Below are positions 8,985 through 18,708 of a DNA stretch of 64,000 nt, in pieces. The notes beneath the pieces were generated by a model. That model had not been told where the DNA came from and ran no database searches. It saw only the letters and a program-made list of their open reading frames with translations. The translations under genes were made by a program, and so were the position numbers. The DNA lies in the NCBI GenBank assembly GCA_037139515.1, contig JBAXGH010000001.1:16101-80100 (forward strand). Reading direction: 5' to 3'. How positions within the stretch are numbered: the first letter of the stretch is position 1; each line of letters begins with the position of its first letter. This DNA is from a bacterium (GTDB lineage: Bacteria; Patescibacteriota; Patescibacteriia; JBAXGH01).

Positions 8985-9953
8985 TTAGTCGCTGAATTCC
9001 TGCACGAACATCTTTCCGTAGATTCCGGCGTCGATTACCCCAACGCCTAATTTTCCGTAGTCTTTAGATAAAATATTAGCTCTATGGCCCTCGGAATTCA
9101 TCAAACCATCATAGGCATATTCAACATCAGGCGCAAAAGCCAAGTTTTCACCGAGAACGCGATATTCGATTTTCATGTTTCCGGCGCGGGTACCGGGCGT
9201 GCTTCCATCTTTGCCGTTATGCGAGAAAAAACCCTGTTCAACCATAGTTTCACCGTATTTTCTAGCCAAATCACGAAGCTTCGTATCGTAAACAAGAGGC
9301 TTTATTCCGCGCGCAATTCTTTCGCTATTCACATGCTCAAACATCGTCGACTCGCTTTCTTCATCTACCGAATGATTGGTTGAACTAAATCTCAAACTCA
9401 CGCTTTCGTCAGACTTTGGATGAATCGTAAGAAAGGCCAGACTATCTTTAACAGCCGGAGAAAATATATTATTAATGCTGCGATCGATGCGATCCGAGAA
9501 ACGCGCTATCGGAGCACCGAGATTTGATCTCAACACAGCCTGCTTAACCGAACCGGAAAGCGGCAGAGTTACAAGTAGCGGCAGAACCACCATGAAGAGC
9601 ACGAGCGCATCCAAAAGCGCCGGCAGGAACCCAGACCACTTATTTAATTTGTGATTTTTTATGTCATCAGGAATCTTTCGATAAATAATCCGCGCGAAAA
9701 ATGGATAGAGCAAGCCGATACAGATCCAGATTGCAAAAAAAGCTATCGCATTTGCAAACGAGATCGGAATTTCTTTGAACTTCAAAATAATCTTCGCGAC
9801 CTGAACATAACCGACAAAGGCAAGCAGAAGCGAAATCAAAAAACCAACCACTTCGGTCAGAACCAAAAGAAAGCCTCTTCGAATACCATCAATCGAATAT
9901 AAAATAGCGATTATTACGAGAGCCGCATCAGTCCACCACGGTTGAATAACCAT
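8985..9953 (-). CDS. CvpA-family membrane domain fused to a C-terminal CAP/SCP (YkwD-like) domain
   Basis: The N-terminal four-TM region resembles colicin V production protein. The C-terminus has GFFSHNGKDG...EGHRANIL typical of CAP domains. Confidence 0.5.
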   Translation of the reverse strand: MVIQPWWTDAALVIIAILYSIDGIRRGFLLVLTEVVGFLISLLLAFVGYVQVAKIILKFKEIPISFANAIAFFAIWICIGLLYPFFARIIYRKIPDDIKNHKLNKWSGFLPALLDALVLFMVVLPLLVTLPLSGSVKQAVLRSNLGAPIARFSDRIDRSINNIFSPAVKDSLAFLTIHPKSDESVSLRFSSTNHSVDEESESTMFEHVNSERIARGIKPLVYDTKLRDLARKYGETMVEQGFFSHNGKDGSTPGTRAGNMKIEYRVLGENLAFAPDVEYAYDGLMNSEGHRANILSKDYGKLGVGVIDAGIYGKMFVQEFSD

Positions 9954-10035
9954 AAATATAATCTAAATCTACTGCTCGTAGTATAACAAAAACTATTTGT
10001 TTACGGCCGCGCACATACTTATCCACAGCCGACAC

Positions 10036-10082
10036 TTGCGTTCATGTTTGGTTCGTTTATAATACGAACATAACACGAACAT
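10036..10082 (+). promoter_or_regulatory. lexA promoter with a candidate SOS operator: palindrome GTTCG-N9-CGAAC overlapping the TATAAT -10, plus GAAC-N7-GAAC
   Basis: Sequence TTGCGT-16nt-TATAAT with GGTTCGTTTATAATACGAACATAACACGAAC, read directly. It lies 20 nt upstream of the lexA ATG. Confidence 0.5.
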
Positions 10083-10691
10083 ATGATTTCTCAACCGCTC
10101 ACCAAAAAACAAAAAGACATTCTGGACTTTGTGAAAAAGTTCGTCGCTACAGAAGGCTACGCTCCTTCCTACGCGGAAATTGCTGAACACTTCGAACTCT
10201 CATCAAAAGCGTCGGTCGCGCAGTACATCAGCACCCTCCAAGAGAAAGGATATCTCACAAAAGATGGCACTGCTCGTGGAGTCGCCATGACCGAAGAAAC
10301 TCCAAAGCGCACAGCTTTCGAACTCCCCCTTCTCGGCTTAATCGCCGCTGGCACACCAATCGAAGCCCTCGAAGGCCGAGAAACCATGACTATTCCGGAA
10401 GAACTGGTACGCGATCCGTCGCTCTCATATGTTTTGAAAGTCATGGGAACTTCAATGATAGAAGATGGCATTCTCCCGGGTGACTTCGTGGTAGTTGAAA
10501 AAAACGAAAAACCAAATAACGGCGACACCGTTGTCGCGCTGCTCGAAAACACCTACGCGACACTAAAAAGATTCTACAAAGAACCGGGAAGAATCAGGCT
10601 CCAGCCGGCAAACAGCACCATGCAACCGATCTATACAAACGACGTAACGGTCCAAGGTATAGTCCGCGCGATTATCCGAAAGTATACGTAG
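10083..10691 (+). CDS. lexA: LexA repressor (S24 peptidase)
   Basis: N-terminal winged helix-turn-helix. A-G cleavage site in LIAAGTP. Catalytic Ser (GTSM) and a downstream Lys. Confidence 0.9.
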   Translation: MISQPLTKKQKDILDFVKKFVATEGYAPSYAEIAEHFELSSKASVAQYISTLQEKGYLTKDGTARGVAMTEETPKRTAFELPLLGLIAAGTPIEALEGRETMTIPEELVRDPSLSYVLKVMGTSMIEDGILPGDFVVVEKNEKPNNGDTVVALLENTYATLKRFYKEPGRIRLQPANSTMQPIYTNDVTVQGIVRAIIRKYT

Positions 10692-10692
10692 G

Positions 10693-10735
10693 ACATCCCT
10701 AATCCCTAAGCTCTAACCTCTAATCCCTAGCCCCA
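10693..10735. repeat. CTCTAAG/CCCTAAC heptamer-like tandem array
   Basis: CATCCCTAATCCCTAAGCTCTAACCTCTAATCCCTAG. Related arrays occur at 51840 and 58998. Confidence 0.5.
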
Positions 10736-10993
10736 CCCATATGCCATTTCCTTAAACAAAAGGGCTGATTAAATTTACCTCCCCAACACATTTTACCAAT
10801 AAATATATGCTACAATCATCGCTTTTCTCTTCGCTCACAATGAAGATTTTCAATCGTCGAAAATTTCGAATGTCGCGCAGATTCGCTGCCCATAAAAACG
10901 ACAGTCAGAAAAAGAAGCAGACAGCGATGAAACTTGTACGCGCCCCGCTTTCACTAACACCATATCCTTCAGCTTTCTAAATCATAAATCATT

Positions 10994-11254
10994 TTGCCGA
11001 TGTACGATCACATCAATGAACCGGTCGAGACTACGGTTGAATTCAGATCGCCCGTAGTACGTCCCCTTTCAATGCGCTGGAATAATCGAGACTATCAAAT
11101 AGGAAGCGTCAACATGGTACATAAGGCACGTGACGGCGATTCAAGGATTTTCTTCTTCACGGTATCCGAAAAATCTAACGCTAATATATTTAAACTACAA
11201 TTTAATACTGAAACATTAGAATGGCGTCTCCTCGAAATTTATAATGAGAATTAG
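10994..11254 (+). CDS. hypothetical small protein (weak call)
   Basis: ORF of 86 aa with a TTG start and no obvious SD. It lies in a ~1 kb low-coding region between lexA and dinB. Confidence 0.2.
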   Translation: MPMYDHINEPVETTVEFRSPVVRPLSMRWNNRDYQIGSVNMVHKARDGDSRIFFFTVSEKSNANIFKLQFNTETLEWRLLEIYNEN

Positions 11255-11693
11255 TACCGCATTAGTTTAGTTTTATACGGGAAAGCTTTCAGCTTTGGAT
11301 GAGATGCCTCGCGCTGGAGGGCAAAAAAACCGCAGAAGTATTGAACATACTTTGAGGATTTTTTCGCCTGAAGCGCGAGACAGCTCGCCAAAGATGAGAG
11401 CTTTAGCGTCAAAATTAAATTAATGCGGTACTAAGGGAGGCGCCCAAGCGCCGGGTTCCGGTATGATTTTTCTAAAATATTCTTACACTACGTACCATGC
11501 TCAATGCCGATATATTTTGAATCATCTAAATTGTGATTTTGAAGCTCGCATTAAAAATGAGTTTTCATACACATTAGATTCCAAACATGTCAGCAATGAA
11601 ATGAGGAATACCGAAGAATAATCGTGATTTGCGCGCTCCTCCTCCGCAAATCTACATGCACGACTGGAGCCCGACGCTTGCTCGTAAATATAT

Positions 11694-12896
11694 ATGCTTG
11701 AACGCATCATTTTTCACATCGATATGAATGCGTTTTTTGCTTCCGTAGCACAACAGGCTAACCCCCTGCTCCGCGGAAAGCCTATTGGTGTTGGTGGTAA
11801 ACCCGGAACACGTTCAATTATCGCCGCTGCCTCATATGAAGCTAAAAGACTGGGCGTGAAATCAATCATGAACTCGTACGAGGCGCTCAAAATAGCTCCT
11901 AACTTAATCATCGTTGATGGCGACAATGAAGCTTATATCGAGGCCAATCATCGTTTCGTAACAATCTTTAAAAGATATACACATCTGGTTGAGGTATTTT
12001 CTATCGACGAATGTTGGCTCGATATGACCGGTTACGCAAAATCATACGAACATGCTCGCGAACTAGCCATTGCGATAAAAGAAGACATGCGCCGTGAACT
12101 CGGCGAGTGCATTACCTGTTCAATCGGTATCGCGCCGAATAAACTGCTTGCTAAACTTGCTTCTGACAAAGAAAAACCAAACGGTCTTTATATCATTAGA
12201 CCAAGCTCGGTTTCGGTGATAATGAAAACAACAAAACCAAACGAGCTACTTGGAATCGGACCACGCGTCAGCTTGCACATGGAGCGTCTCGGCCTGAAAA
12301 CAAACGAGCAAATAGCTGAAGCTCCAGATAATCTGCTCGAGAATGAATTCGGGATTCTCGGCGCAATATACAAACTAATCACGAAAGGCATCGACGAGTC
12401 TCCGGTAATCTCAATCAGCTCGACAGCAAAATCTGTTGGAAATTCTTATACGATGCCGCTTGATAGCGCCGATTCACGCATACTTAAGCCAACGCTTTTT
12501 GCTATATGCGAAAAGGTTGCGCGTAGGTTGCGAAGAGATGGTCTTCTGGCCCGCCAAATTACCACCTGGGGTAGGTATAAAAACTTCGAAGGATCATTTC
12601 GTCTCATGCGCACCCTGGACGCACCGACTTTCGATGCAAAGACACTTCTCGAAACAAGTTTACCGATAATAATGTCGGGCGCAAGAAGCGGCCCGATCCG
12701 CGCACTTGGTATCACGACCCACAACCTAATCAGCTCCACAAAAACTCCGCTACCACTTTGGACATCCGATCGCAAACGGATAATCGCAGCCTCGGCCTGC
12801 GATAAAATAAATAACCATTTCGGAGAAAGAACCATCAAACCGGCTAGCCTACTCGGAACAAGACTAAATCGGCACGTTTCCGGCTTTAAACCATAA
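11694..12896 (+). CDS. dinB: DNA polymerase IV (Y-family)
   Basis: N-terminal IFHIDMNAFFASV and SIDECWLDMTG motifs characteristic of the DinB/UmuC palm domain. Confidence 0.9.
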   Translation: MLERIIFHIDMNAFFASVAQQANPLLRGKPIGVGGKPGTRSIIAAASYEAKRLGVKSIMNSYEALKIAPNLIIVDGDNEAYIEANHRFVTIFKRYTHLVEVFSIDECWLDMTGYAKSYEHARELAIAIKEDMRRELGECITCSIGIAPNKLLAKLASDKEKPNGLYIIRPSSVSVIMKTTKPNELLGIGPRVSLHMERLGLKTNEQIAEAPDNLLENEFGILGAIYKLITKGIDESPVISISSTAKSVGNSYTMPLDSADSRILKPTLFAICEKVARRLRRDGLLARQITTWGRYKNFEGSFRLMRTLDAPTFDAKTLLETSLPIIMSGARSGPIRALGITTHNLISSTKTPLPLWTSDRKRIIAASACDKINNHFGERTIKPASLLGTRLNRHVSGFKP

Positions 12897-12981
12897 TAAT
12901 AAATAAAAATTGACACAACTATCCCCTCCATGATGATATTCGTTTGCGAGCAAATAAACCTCATACAAGGAGAGGCTAGCC

Positions 12982-13473
12982 ATGAAACCCGGAGAGTCTG
13001 AGTACACGCCTGAAGAGCTGAGTGAAGCCAGAGAAATACTTCTCAAGCATTTCAAGGCTTTCCACGAAAACAATGGTCGCGGTCCGAGATTCGAAGAAAT
13101 CGGTAACCCCTACCAGTACAACTCACACAAAGGGCTTCTGTGGAGCATACTTCCGTCCTTCAAGGAGATTCGACGCCTCTTCGGTGGCGACTCGAACTCA
13201 GGAACCTATACCTGCGTCATGGAGGCTGCCGGATACGTTCCTTTTCCGGCCACAGAAAAGGACACCGTGAAGACGGCGTCACCGCCTAAAAAAGTGCTGA
13301 AAAAACCTGAACCGACGGTTCCAGAGCCTAAGCAACCGGAACCCGTCGCACCCGTTCTGACGCCCGAAGAAGTCGCAAAGAAATCAGCCGAGGCAAATGC
13401 GGTTGTTCCGCTCAGGCGCAAGCCTGGCTGGGGCGAAGCACAGCCCGCGACCAAAAAACCGGACTCGAATTGA
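12982..13473 (+). CDS. hypothetical protein with a Pro/Glu/Lys-rich C-terminal tail
   Basis: Good SD (AAGGAGAGG) 8 nt upstream of the ATG. No recognisable domain. Confidence 0.45.
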   Translation: MKPGESEYTPEELSEAREILLKHFKAFHENNGRGPRFEEIGNPYQYNSHKGLLWSILPSFKEIRRLFGGDSNSGTYTCVMEAAGYVPFPATEKDTVKTASPPKKVLKKPEPTVPEPKQPEPVAPVLTPEEVAKKSAEANAVVPLRRKPGWGEAQPATKKPDSN

Positions 13474-13503
13474 GCCGGTTCTTTTTAATACTGTAAGAAG
13501 TAT

Positions 13504-14037
13504 TTAAAATTTGCCCTCCAGAATATGCGTGCTTGGTGCCGGATTTTTGTCGTTTTTTTCAAGCGTGATAATTATTTCGGAAAAACCTCGGAGGTCATCT
13601 TTTACTTCGAAAGCAAGACCGAATTTATCGTCGGTGCGCAGAATCATGGCGCCGAGCGACATAAACTTATACGGATCAGGTTGCACCGCCCAGACTTCGT
13701 AATAATAATTATTTTCAGGCTTCGGCAATTCTCCAATCACGGAAAATACCGACTTGCCGTCGGTAATTTTACGCGTAAATCTGGCTTGAGTTTTTCCACC
13801 TGTCGTATCGCGTAATTCCAAAGTCTGATCAAGATCGGATTTTGGTGACGATGAAGGTGCTGCATTCACAGCTGCAACGCTCACGGCTTCAGTCTTAACT
13901 TCAGAAGGATTATTGTTGGCTGCAAAATAACCCGCTCCACCAATTAAGGCGAACGTAATTATCATCAATTGAACAGCAAGCGCACCGCGCTGACTGCGGC
14001 GCTTGTATGTTCCGTAACCCGCAAACCTCCTCTGCAT
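13504..14037 (-). CDS. membrane-anchored protein, possibly an anti-sigma-K RskA-like C-terminal domain
   Basis: Single transmembrane segment followed by an extracytoplasmic domain containing YYEVWAVQP...FMSLG. Weak family resemblance only. Confidence 0.3.
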   Translation of the reverse strand: MQRRFAGYGTYKRRSQRGALAVQLMIITFALIGGAGYFAANNNPSEVKTEAVSVAAVNAAPSSSPKSDLDQTLELRDTTGGKTQARFTRKITDGKSVFSVIGELPKPENNYYYEVWAVQPDPYKFMSLGAMILRTDDKFGLAFEVKDDLRGFSEIIITLEKNDKNPAPSTHILEGKF

Positions 14038-14064
14038 AATGACTGTTTAGAGAATCCTGACATA

Positions 14065-15246
14065 TTATACCATATCACGCACAGCCTTCGCTATGATACC
14101 CGAAATTCGGGTATCAAGAATGTCTGGCAAGATATTTTCAGGACCCGGATTGTCTACAGTTTCAGCAAGAGCATGGGCAGCTGCGAGCTTCATTTTTTCT
14201 GTCACCTTTTTGACACGTGCATCGAGCAGTCCGCGAAAAAACCCTGGGAAAATAAAGGCGTTATTGACCTGATTTGGAAAATCAGAGCGACCGGTTGCGA
14301 CCACCATAGCACCGGCGCTCTTAGCCAAATCAGGCATAATTTCCGGAGTCGGATTCGCCATCGCAAAAACGATTGCCCGTGGTGCCATGCTCGCAATTCC
14401 GGATTCATCCACAACTCCCGGCTGGCTCAAACCGAGAAATAAGTCAGCACCAACCAAAGCTCCCCGCAAATCAGACGAAACATTTCGCGGATTCGTCATT
14501 TTCATGAGTTCGATCTTGGCATCATTCAAATCAGTTCTTCCGGAATGCAACGCGCCCTTAGAATCAAAAACCACAACGTCGCGAAGTCCGGCAAGCATCA
14601 AAAGCTTAACAACTGCAGTCCCGGCGGCGCCGGCGCCCGAAACAACCGCTCGCACATCAGCAATATTTTTTCCGACGACTTTAAGCGCATTCAAAAGTGC
14701 GGCCAGCACTACAATAGCCGTGCCGTGCTGATCATCGTGAAAAACCGGAATATCGAGAAGCTCGCGCAAACGAGCTTCGATTTCAAAGCAGCGCGGCGCC
14801 GAGATATCTTCCAAATTTATGCCACCAAAGGAAGGCGCGATTCGTACCACGGTTTCGATAATCTCTTCAACATCCTGAGTATTCAAAACAATCGGAAAAG
14901 CATCAACCCCGCCAAAAGACTTGAATAGCGCCGCCTTTCCCTCCATAACCGGAAGCGATGCTAAAGCACCCAAATTCCCGAGTCCGAGAATCGCCGACCC
15001 GTCAGAAACAACTGCGACGGTATTTTTCCGACATGTAAGTTCAAACGCCAAAGCCGGATTTGCGGCTACAGCCAGAACCACATCAGCAACTCCTGGAGTA
15101 TATGCGAGCGACAAATCTTCGCGTGTTGCAAGCGGAACTTTTGCCGTCACTTCAATCTTGCCGCCGAATTTTTTGTGCATTTCAATCGAACGTTCACCAA
15201 GTGTCATATGTTTATTTTTTAGGTTCGCCAAAACTATCAAGCTCAA
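14065..15246 (-). CDS. NAD(P)-dependent malic enzyme (short form, without a PTA domain)
   Basis: HKKFGGKIEV...DLSLAYTPGVA N-terminal signature. Two Rossmann GxGxxG motifs (VVSGAGAAG). Confidence 0.85.
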   Translation of the reverse strand: MSLIVLANLKNKHMTLGERSIEMHKKFGGKIEVTAKVPLATREDLSLAYTPGVADVVLAVAANPALAFELTCRKNTVAVVSDGSAILGLGNLGALASLPVMEGKAALFKSFGGVDAFPIVLNTQDVEEIIETVVRIAPSFGGINLEDISAPRCFEIEARLRELLDIPVFHDDQHGTAIVVLAALLNALKVVGKNIADVRAVVSGAGAAGTAVVKLLMLAGLRDVVVFDSKGALHSGRTDLNDAKIELMKMTNPRNVSSDLRGALVGADLFLGLSQPGVVDESGIASMAPRAIVFAMANPTPEIMPDLAKSAGAMVVATGRSDFPNQVNNAFIFPGFFRGLLDARVKKVTEKMKLAAAHALAETVDNPGPENILPDILDTRISGIIAKAVRDMV

Positions 15247-17311
15247 TTACCCCATCATCATCTTTAAATTCATCATCCGTTTTCCAAACCGTAGCGGTAC
15301 GGTCAGATTTTTCGTGATGCCCCCGCCCGCGTTCTTCTTTTTTTCGACCTGCATAACGAAGCTCGAGTTTCTCGTATAGGTGAGGCGAGATTTCATCAAC
15401 AAACATCGAAGGCTGAACCACCTCAAGATACTCATCCCCCATGACAGACGGGTAAGTCAAAAATAGTTTTCGCGCCGCCCGAGTCACGGCCACGTAAAAC
15501 AAGCGACGTTCCTCTTCCAAGCCATTCGGTTCCTCCATGGCGCGCCGATTTGGGAAATATTGATCGCACAAATGCATCACAAAAACCGTGTGCCACTCAA
15601 GACCCTTCGCTTGATGAATAGTCGAAAGCACTAAATGATCTTCATTTACATCATCATCGCCGGATCTTTGCGCTACGATTCCGTCGTACAAACTGACTTC
15701 GGCCAAAAACGCCGCCGGATCATCATATTGCGCCGCAAAAACCGCGAGCTGCTCCAAATCATCAAGTCTTTCTTCAAAGTTCGGAAACTCGGCCGCGAGA
15801 ATATCGCGATAAACAGATTTTGGAACCGCGCGAATCATTGAAGACGCCGAATCGGAGTTACCCATCACGGCGCGAATCACGCTTTCTATTTCTCTGAATC
15901 CTTCCCGCGAACGCGAAGTTAAAGCCGACGGAATTAACACCAAACCTTCCGCCAAAGTTTTAGCTTCGATCTGAGAAATAAAAGCTTTGCGAGCAGCCGC
16001 CTCCCCGATTCCTTTCCCCAAAAGAAGCGCACGCATCCAGGCCATTTCGTCTTTCGGATTCACCGACAAGCGCACAAAAGCCAGCGCGTCTTTAATATGA
16101 GAACGCTCAAAAAACTTCATGCCTCCGCGATATTCATAAGGAATCCCGCGCTTCATGAGCTCAAATTCAAGCTGTTGCGAATGATGTGCGGCGCGGAACA
16201 GAACGCAGGCGTCGGAAAACGGACGTCCTTCGCCGTTGATTTTCGTGAGCATTTCGGCAATGAAATGCGCTTCTTCGTGCGCACTCGCGGTCGGCACCAA
16301 AAATGGCTTCTCCCCGCTTGCAATCGCGCTCTTCAAATGTTTTTTAAATTGATTAGCATTGCGCGAAATACTTTCATTCGCGAGTTCCAAGATTTCCGGC
16401 GTCGAACGATAATTTGTTTCCAGACGAAAAGTTTTCGCGTCCTGGTAGCGCTTTGGGAATGACAATATATTCCCGATGTCGGCTGCGCGAAAAGAATAAA
16501 TCGATTGCGCATCGTCGCCAACCACAAGAAGATTTTTGTGAACCGAAGAAAGCGCATCAACTACATCCGACTGCAGCGCATTCGTGTCCTGAAACTCATC
16601 GACCAAAACATATTTAAATCGCGAAGACCATTCATAGCGAGCCGATTCGGAATCGACGAGCATTCGACGAAGCAAAACTAACAAATCATCAAAATCGACG
16701 GCATTCGCAGCGCGTTTTTTCTCATCATACTTTCTGATTACGCGAGAAATATCGCCTTCGATTTCAGAGAACTGCGGATATTTGCGAGTAATCACTTCGA
16801 ATAAATTTTTGGAAGCGTTACGCGAATAACTCGCAATCGATTTAACCACGTTCGCCGAAGGAAAACGCTTCTGCGAGGTGTCGACACCTTCTTCTTTGAC
16901 CGCGAGCTTCATCAAATCTTTAGCATCGTCTTCATCCATGATGGTGAAATTCTTTTGCAAGCCGACCCGTTCCGGTGCCGCCCGAAGAATCCGATTTGCG
17001 ACATGATGAAAAGTTCCGCTCCACAAACCCGGCGCTGCTCGTCCAAGCGAAGCCGAAACCCGATCAAGCATCTCGCGTGCAGCCTTATTTGTGAAAGTTA
17101 ATAATAGTATTTCATCCGGACGCACGCCCTGTTCGAGCAGATAAGCCACACGATACACAAGCGTGCGGGTCTTTCCGGAACCGGCACCAGCCAAAACCAA
17201 AACTCGCCCATCACCACCTTTTACGACCGCAAACTGCTCACCGTTGAGTTCTTTTTCAAAATCAATCGCTCGCCCGTTAAAAGCCGAACCCTGCATTTCA
17301 AAAACAGCCAT
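15212..17311 (-). CDS. uvrD: ATP-dependent DNA helicase UvrD/PcrA (SF1)
   Basis: LNGEQFAVV...VLAGAGSGKTRTL Walker A followed by SF1 helicase motifs. Confidence 0.9.
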   Translation of the reverse strand: MAVFEMQGSAFNGRAIDFEKELNGEQFAVVKGGDGRVLVLAGAGSGKTRTLVYRVAYLLEQGVRPDEILLLTFTNKAAREMLDRVSASLGRAAPGLWSGTFHHVANRILRAAPERVGLQKNFTIMDEDDAKDLMKLAVKEEGVDTSQKRFPSANVVKSIASYSRNASKNLFEVITRKYPQFSEIEGDISRVIRKYDEKKRAANAVDFDDLLVLLRRMLVDSESARYEWSSRFKYVLVDEFQDTNALQSDVVDALSSVHKNLLVVGDDAQSIYSFRAADIGNILSFPKRYQDAKTFRLETNYRSTPEILELANESISRNANQFKKHLKSAIASGEKPFLVPTASAHEEAHFIAEMLTKINGEGRPFSDACVLFRAAHHSQQLEFELMKRGIPYEYRGGMKFFERSHIKDALAFVRLSVNPKDEMAWMRALLLGKGIGEAAARKAFISQIEAKTLAEGLVLIPSALTSRSREGFREIESVIRAVMGNSDSASSMIRAVPKSVYRDILAAEFPNFEERLDDLEQLAVFAAQYDDPAAFLAEVSLYDGIVAQRSGDDDVNEDHLVLSTIHQAKGLEWHTVFVMHLCDQYFPNRRAMEEPNGLEEERRLFYVAVTRAARKLFLTYPSVMGDEYLEVVQPSMFVDEISPHLYEKLELRYAGRKKEERGRGHHEKSDRTATVWKTDDEFKDDDGVIELDSFGEPKK

Positions 17312-17365
17312 AGAATCAAAATCAACGAAAAGTGCTTAGATTATTGCCAAGCAATCTTACCAGGA

Positions 17366-17400
17366 CAAAAAAAATTGAACAGGGGCTAAAATCCCTGTTC
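17366..17400 (-). terminator. rho-independent terminator of the GC-rich gene 17424..18623
   Basis: On the minus strand, hairpin GAACAGGG-attttagc-CCCTGTTC followed by TTTTTTTT. Confidence 0.6.
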
Positions 17401-17423
17401 ATATGACACCGAATCCGAACTAC

Positions 17424-18623
17424 TCAGCCAAGGTACGAGGTGAACTCGCGAACCGAATTACGCACGTTCAGCATCCACTTTCGCGAACCACCAAGGTCGG
17501 CTCCGTCATAGCGGTCCTGAACAGCCTGGATGCAGCTACGGGCCTCCTCCCGAAGGGCGCTAGAGACACTTCCCTGCGCCCTCCACATGGCCCGCAGAGT
17601 CCGCTTGCGCAGCTCCCGAACCGCCTGCTTGAATCCGTCTCCAATGAGAGGCGAAGACTGCAAGTAGCCGTTCTCGATGTTCGTCTTCTGCACGGATTCG
17701 ATGTGCTCCGAAGCCCGCGCCCGATCACGCAGTTCCGACGTGAGCATCCGAATTTCCATCCGTCCGTGATTTCCGGGACTCACGAAGTCTCGGGCAAGCA
17801 CCGTCTGAAGATGCTCGCTGATGCGCACATACGGACGCGCCGTAATGCCCTGAAGCAGCGTCGTTGCCCTCGCGGCACCTTCCATGAACCTCTCAACTTC
17901 CGATCCCGAAAGCGCGTTTCGACTTGCCGCCCGCAGAAACCAGTACTCGCCGAATCTGCGCACGGCGTCAAAGACCCCGTGATACTCGTCGACCAGCGCC
18001 CGCATCGCGAGCACGTCGGTATCGATGAATTGGTAGATCCGACCAACTTCGCGCAGACGATTCCAGAGTTCCGAATTCGCCGAAACCAGCTGTGCCGCCG
18101 ACTTGCCGGGATTCACGCGATTGCGCTTGTCACGCATGTTCGCGCCGTGCACCAACTCCTCGAAAGCATGAACCTTGTGCTCATTCTCAACGTTCACAAG
18201 ATCAGCCGCGACGTGCAGAGCGAGCTTCTGAACACTCGCCTGCACCGTACCCTTCAGCCCGGCATACATATTGATGTACGAAAGTGCTTCGTGAACCGTC
18301 CTGCGATGTGCCAGAAGCTCGGGCGTTTCGTACCACTCAACCGCCCTCTTCCTGTGGCGCATCATTCCGCTCATCGCGTCCCAGACACCCTGGTCATAGA
18401 CGTCGAATCGTCCCTTGACCCAGCGCCCCGACATGTGAAGCACGGTGCCGTGAGGCAGGATGAGAATCGCGCCATCGATGTCGAAGATCTGTCTTCCACG
18501 CGTGATAAGCGTCCTCGGGCTCCCACGAACACGGTCGACCGCCACACTTACTTCACCATACTTCGTCTGAATTCCTGGACCCGCACTCGGCTTTTCGACC
18601 ACGAACGCCTCCGATTGGCGCAA
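17424..18623 (-). CDS. hypothetical protein, GC-rich (~58%) single-gene island
   Basis: The antisense long ORF (17403..18647 +) is Arg/His/Pro-rich junk typical of high-GC antisense, so the minus ORF is taken as real. No family recognised. It is flanked by terminators on both sides. Confidence 0.5.
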   Translation of the reverse strand: MRQSEAFVVEKPSAGPGIQTKYGEVSVAVDRVRGSPRTLITRGRQIFDIDGAILILPHGTVLHMSGRWVKGRFDVYDQGVWDAMSGMMRHRKRAVEWYETPELLAHRRTVHEALSYINMYAGLKGTVQASVQKLALHVAADLVNVENEHKVHAFEELVHGANMRDKRNRVNPGKSAAQLVSANSELWNRLREVGRIYQFIDTDVLAMRALVDEYHGVFDAVRRFGEYWFLRAASRNALSGSEVERFMEGAARATTLLQGITARPYVRISEHLQTVLARDFVSPGNHGRMEIRMLTSELRDRARASEHIESVQKTNIENGYLQSSPLIGDGFKQAVRELRKRTLRAMWRAQGSVSSALREEARSCIQAVQDRYDGADLGGSRKWMLNVRNSVREFTSYLG

Positions 18624-18660
18624 AGCGCCATTAAAGAAAAGGTCTGACCCGACGGCAATA

Positions 18661-18695
18661 TAACAAAAAACAGGCTTTTGTCAAGCCTGTTTTTT
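18661..18695. terminator. bidirectional rho-independent terminator
   Basis: AAAAAAC-AGGCTTTTGTCAAGCCT-GTTTTTT. Confidence 0.6.
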
Positions 18696-18708
18696 ACGAT
18701 TTGAATGC

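Noticed and set aside
10692-11693. Searched for tRNA, tmRNA, SRP RNA and RNase P RNA in the 1-kb low-coding lexA-dinB spacer and elsewhere
   Set aside because: No GGTTCGAATCC-type T-loop/acceptor combinations, no SRP domain IV (GGAAGCAGC) and no RNase P P4 motifs were seen. I cannot call an RNA gene from the sequence alone.
12446-12964. 172-aa minus ORF over the 3' end of dinB
   Set aside because: It is antisense to DinB and has no SD.
17403-18647. 414-aa plus-strand ORF fully overlapping the minus-strand ORF 17424..18623
   Set aside because: Its Arg/His/Pro/Ser-rich composition is typical of antisense translation in a GC-rich gene. The minus-strand ORF has a normal protein-like composition and flanking terminators.
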